This document shows, in pieces, positions 59,500 through 64,000 of a DNA stretch of 64,000 bases (positions are counted from its first letter, which is position 1; each line of letters starts with the position of its first letter). The notes beneath the pieces are model-generated. The model was given only the letters and a program-made list of their open reading frames with translations, was not told the origin of the DNA and made no database searches. The translations under genes and the position numbers were made by a program. This DNA comes from Raillietiella orientalis (taxonomy: Eukaryota): contig JAYWIR010000039.1 of the NCBI GenBank assembly GCA_036172245.1, positions 496,001 to 560,000 on the forward strand, given 5' to 3'.

Positions 59500-62400
59500 G
59501 AACGGGGCCGGGGAGAGGGAAGGAGGAGGAAATCATCCGCAGAAACGACGCATCCGCAAAAATCCGTACAGAGGACCCTGGGCGTCGCCCTCCCGACCGC
59601 GGAGGAAACTTTCCCGAGCGGACTAGCAGCGCGCAGAGAGGTGCAAAGGGATCCTTCACGGGAGCGCGAGAGGTCTCCACGGTCGCAGGTGACCCCGTTC
59701 GCACCTGTCCCCTGGAAACAGAGGGAGCTTCGCTTCTCCTTCTTTTTGCCGAGGAGGGGGGGGGAGACCTTTCTTCTGGAGGCATCTCTTCAGTCCCATG
59801 GTTCCGCATCGTAATGACGCTGCTCCCGCCATGTCAAAGTAGGTGGAGGAAGGCCACAGGCAAGCGAACTTCCCTCATGGCCACCCTGGTCTCGCTTGCT
59901 CATCCACGTGCTGGAAGTCCGCCCGCCGCCACCCACCTTCCTCCTGGCATTCCCCTGGATCCCTCCCGAAGGTTCGACCCTCTTCGACCACCTCACTTGG
60001 AAGCTGATGAGGGAGCTCACCTTCGGCAATGAGGTCGGAACTTCCGGACGAACCGGCGTCTACCGAAGCCGCCGCCCAGAAGTGCCTCACATCGAACAAT
60101 ACGGCGAAATGGCAAGCCATTTCTCTGAGGCTTCCACGCCCTCTTGACGCCGAGCACCCAGGCGGTCACCCGTCACCAACGGCGACGGCCTCGCTTCGGA
60201 ACGCGGCTCGGGAGGCGACTCGGAGCACCTCCAGGAGGCTTGCCGCTGAAGGAACCCGGAATGTTCCTCATCGGTTTCCATCCCGCTGGAACCGAAAGAG
60301 TGCCCTGGCGGCTATGCCAAAAGACTCCGTCCGACCAACACCCACGATGAAGCGCTCCAGCCAAAGAAAGGGGGGGGAGAGAAGCAGCGGGGGGAGACTG
60401 GAGACTGCGGCGGTCGTAGCCACCTGAAGAAGCGGTGGAGCTGAGGAAGTTTTGTACGCATCCCCTAGAGCCGGAGGGGAGAATGGCATGTCCCTCCCCC
60501 CCATCATTAAAAGATGAAGACGCCTCCTTCCCGGAGAGCACCCCTCCAGCCGCCCAATCGGACTTCGTAAATTCCTCGTAAATTCCTCCCGGTAAATTCC
60601 TCGTCCCACGACTACGGAGCGAATTTTCCTCCCTTGCAGAAGCGGCTTCCAGAAACGGGTGGAGGAAGAACCGCCTCGGTCCCGGCGAAGGGTTACACCG
60701 CCGGCCGGGACCGATGCTCAAGAGGAGCGCGGAGCTACGGGCACATCGCCGCGCGCGTGCGCGAGCCGCGCGGAACGGCGAAGCATCGTGCCGGAGAATG
60801 AGGTCCCGTTCGGGCTCCCCGTCCGCTCGCGGGGGGACTTCCGCCGGAAGCTTCGGGGCTCCCCGAAAACCACCGCGGGAGGCCAAGGCGGCGCCCTGCA
60901 GCGCTCTGGAAAAGAAGCGCCTTGTGTTGGCTCCTCTTTCGCGAAGAGCGCGCCTTCGAGGAAGACGGACCTGGAGACGTGGCTCCGAACCAGCAAGCCG
61001 CCATCCCTCCTCCGGTCCGCGCGCCGCCCGGCGCGATGGCGCGCGCATCCCTCCCCTTCGACCGAAGGGAGACCGAAGTCGCGCTAGGGACTGCATCGTG
61101 CGCACGCGCAGCTCCTGCTCGAAAGCACCTCTCTCCAGGTGCAGATTCCCCCACGCGCCGCGGCTCCACTCGCTGCCTGTGCGGCCAGCGGCCACCAGGG
61201 AACGGCGCCAGCTGGAGTCCTGGGCGCTCCCTCGACCCACCGAACCACCCCCGAGAGGCACGACGAACAAGAGGGACGGCTACCTTCAGTCAAGTGACCC
61301 GCGCTCCTCCCGGAACAGAAGCGAACCCGCGACCTCTCCGGGGACGCGGGAGGTCGGCAGCAAGGGAGGACGCCTCCGGACCACACAGAGAATCGTCCGC
61401 TGCAGAGCCGGGGTGGGCAGGACGACGGCAGGGAGGCCGGCGCTTCCCTGCTTCGCCGCTAGGGGCTCACCCGCGCCGGCGTGGACGACGGTCGCAGGGT
61501 GTCACCTCGCATCGCTGGCGAACGGTGCACTCTTCAGGAGAGGCGAAGATCGCTGAGCGCCGGACGGGGTGAGAAGGCAGGTAGGCCCAGCATGGGCTGC
61601 TGCGGGGAAGACCCGTTGGGTCCTGGACGTGAGGCAGCTGGTTCTTTGTTCGGCGAGGCCTCGGCGTCGCGCAGGTGAAGAGGCGGAAATGACTGGAAGA
61701 CGGAGTACCCATGGAGGGCAGCGACCTTCGCGCCTTTCCGCCTCCGCCCACTGCCCTCTAGGGTCAAACTGCACAGCGAAACTTTAATGAGCCCCGTGGC
61801 TGTGAGAGCACCGGTGCCAGCCGGGCGAAGGTATGGGGATCTGTTCGTCTCCAGATGCTGAACCTCAACCTCGGCTCCAAGCACGATGGGAGAGCTCCCG
61901 CATGAGGCGCGTGCGTTGTGGGCCGGGCAGGGGGCCACATGCCCGGATGCTTCCGCCACGAGTGCCGCACGCGAGAAGGAGTAACCGGCTGGGGAACACC
62001 ACTCGTCCGTGCCCACGCGAGCGAGGGAGGGAGGATTTTTCTGGAAGTGAACCGACCGATGGGGGCGCGCCTTGGGAGCATTGGGAATTTGCTGCCCCTC
62101 GAGTGCCCGCGTTGGCGGCCCCGTGACTACGGCCCCCTCCTTGCTTGTGGCACCGAGCGTCTCGGGCTCGAATCCCGCCCGTGGGAGGATCATCGACGCC
62201 AAAAACGGGGGTTGCGTGGTTGAGTTTCGAATCCCCCCCGAAGGATGGCGCTGGCTGGCACGAGAGCTCCAGTTGCGGCACTGTTGGAATCCGGAAACCC
62301 CTGGATGTCCCGGTTGACTGCCCGGGGCTCGAAGTTGACCCTCAAGGTCCTCCCAAAAATCAAACAGTGCCCGGGTTCCCTTCGGGGGTCTCCTCCAGTT

Positions 62401-63150
62401 AGGAAAATAGAACCTTCCTCTCTTCCGAGGGGGGACCCAATCGCGTACCATGGAGCTGATACCGCCCTCGGAGGTGGGGGGCTTCGCTTCTCCAGAGTGT
62501 CGGAAGCGCTCTTCGGAGAGAAATCGGAAAGCGCCCTTTCCGGGGTTCTCTTCAGAGGAGGAAACAAGGAAGGAGAAGTCCTTTGCAGGGTCCCTCCGGA
62601 GAAGAAATTCAGGAGCAGATCCGGCCCTGTGGTCCCACCCGGCCCGGAGCAGATTCCACCTCGCGTGCACACGAACCCAGAATCAGGGGTTTTGCTGGCC
62701 GTGGTCACCAAGAGCATCTCTGTCCGCCAGATGTCACCGGCGTCTTTCGCCCCCACTTCCGGCACTGCGGTGAAAGGCGCCCTCGGCCGCCGGTGGCGCT
62801 CATTGGCTGGGGAGCGAGGCGTTTCCACGTGGCGCGAGAAAGTTCCGGCCATCTTCGATCCATCCCTTTCCGCGGCGAGTGCCCTCCGCTCGCAGCTGCC
62901 CACAGGCTCTTTCGAAAAAGGGGGAGGAAGCGGAAAAGATGCCACCCCATAAATCCTCGAGGCACTTCCCGGGCAGAAGCGGGTGGCTCTGTGGATCCCT
63001 TCCTGTGTCCCGGAAAGCATACCTTGGGCCAGGAGCTGTGGAGGACCTCCAGGGCTCGCGGCGGAGCATGCAGGTGGGGGACTGATACAGGGGAAGGTCA
63101 GCTCCTCGACCAAAGGGGCACGGTGGAACGGCATGACGGATACGAAGGCG
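59500..63150 (-). mobile_element. Highly decayed non-LTR retrotransposon ORF2 (Tx1/L1-like); boundaries approximate
   Basis: Collinear weak motifs on the - strand: ALFDFWEDLEGQL (cf. EFYxxFWxxL), GGDSKLNHATPVFGVDD (cf. KGDxxxLxNWRPISLLNVD), SVHFQK..ARVG (cf. SLDFxKAFDRV), and further 3' VRWSK..RKVGGGG (cf. FxW..GGLG). Confidence 0.4.
60567..60602 (+). repeat. Short direct repeat GTAAATTCCTC x3
   Basis: Copies at 60567-60577, 60578-60588 and 60592-60602. Confidence 0.85.
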
Positions 63151-63202
63151 CAGTCTTCTAACACAACGAACGACCTCTGCATGGATTTTTTTTTTTTTTC
63201 TT

Positions 63203-63233
<31 letters not shown>

Positions 63234-64000
63234 CGAAAGGAAAAAAAAACACAGTCCTTCGGGCCGCTCGGACGGAATTTCGAGTCTTCTGGATGCAGCG
63301 AGGTTTCGGAGGCGTTCCAAGGAGATTCTTCATCCTCTTACCCGCCATCTCACGCGCCGCGAGCGCGGGCAATCCTTTCTGCTCGCTCCGTTCTGCTGCG
63401 GACTTGCGCGCCTTCCGTCGTTTGGAATTCCTCAACAGTTCGACGCGAGCGACGCCCTCGCTTACCCGCGACGGCGGTCCCGACGGGCCTCCCAGACGAG
63501 CCTCGTCCTCCGAGGTGAAACCCCCTGAGCAGCGAGGAGGAGAGCACACCAAGCTGCACATTTTATCGTTGCTTCCTATCTTTCCTTTTTCCTTTTTTTT
63601 TTTTTAAATACCGCATTGCATTTTCACGAGCCGTTCGTCAGAAATCAAATAGGCGCCATTACTTTTGGGGTGACATTCACGTTCTCCTCGTTGCTGCCTT
63701 CGAATACCTCGGACTGGCTTTCCGAAGAATTCGCAAAGCACGCGGGTTAAGGACGAGAACCGGAGAGAGAAAGAGGAGAAATAAATCCACGGCGGTCGGG
63801 GAGGAGAGTGCACCCCTCGGCTCGGAACGGCAGCGGAGCGAGTAGCCAAGCGCCTGGCCAGCCGCCGACGGCGAACAAAGGAAGCGGAAGGGGAAGGGAG
63901 GGGGGGGGGACGAGGGCTTTCGTACGAGACCTCCGCGTTCCAGAACCACGTTCTCTCCCTCCCGGTCCGCTCGCTCCTCCGTTCGGGACTGATCCGCTCC

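Noticed and set aside
1..64000. Prokaryotic systems (CRISPR arrays, operons, defence islands), tRNA and rRNA genes
   Set aside because: No repeat-spacer arrays, dense operons, cloverleafs or rRNA signatures seen; the spliced genes show the DNA is eukaryotic.

Overview
Eukaryotic genomic DNA, most likely from an invertebrate animal: it has spliceosomal introns as short as 44-51 nt and CpG-rich, GC-rich intergenic DNA around one AT-rich, CpG-poor island. Two protein-coding genes can be reconstructed by hand. (1) A 4-exon prefoldin subunit 6 gene (PFDN6, + strand, CDS 16160-18286, 123 aa) inside the AT-rich island. (2) A ~29 kb, 9-coding-exon gene on the - strand (CDS 55383->26705, ~716 aa) encoding a complete betaglycan/endoglin-type TGF-beta co-receptor (TGFBR3-like): signal peptide, two-repeat orphan domain, ZP module, transmembrane helix and short tail, with several intron positions matching vertebrate TGFBR3 as I recall them. 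The rest is largely transposon-derived: a 939-bp internally deleted piggyBac with perfect TIRs and TTAA duplication, several heavily decayed non-LTR retrotransposons (Tx1/L1-like, an RT+RNase H type, a Penelope-like element) and simple repeats. Most long ORFs in the supplied track are GC-rich chance ORFs. All homology calls come from motif recognition by eye; no database search was run.
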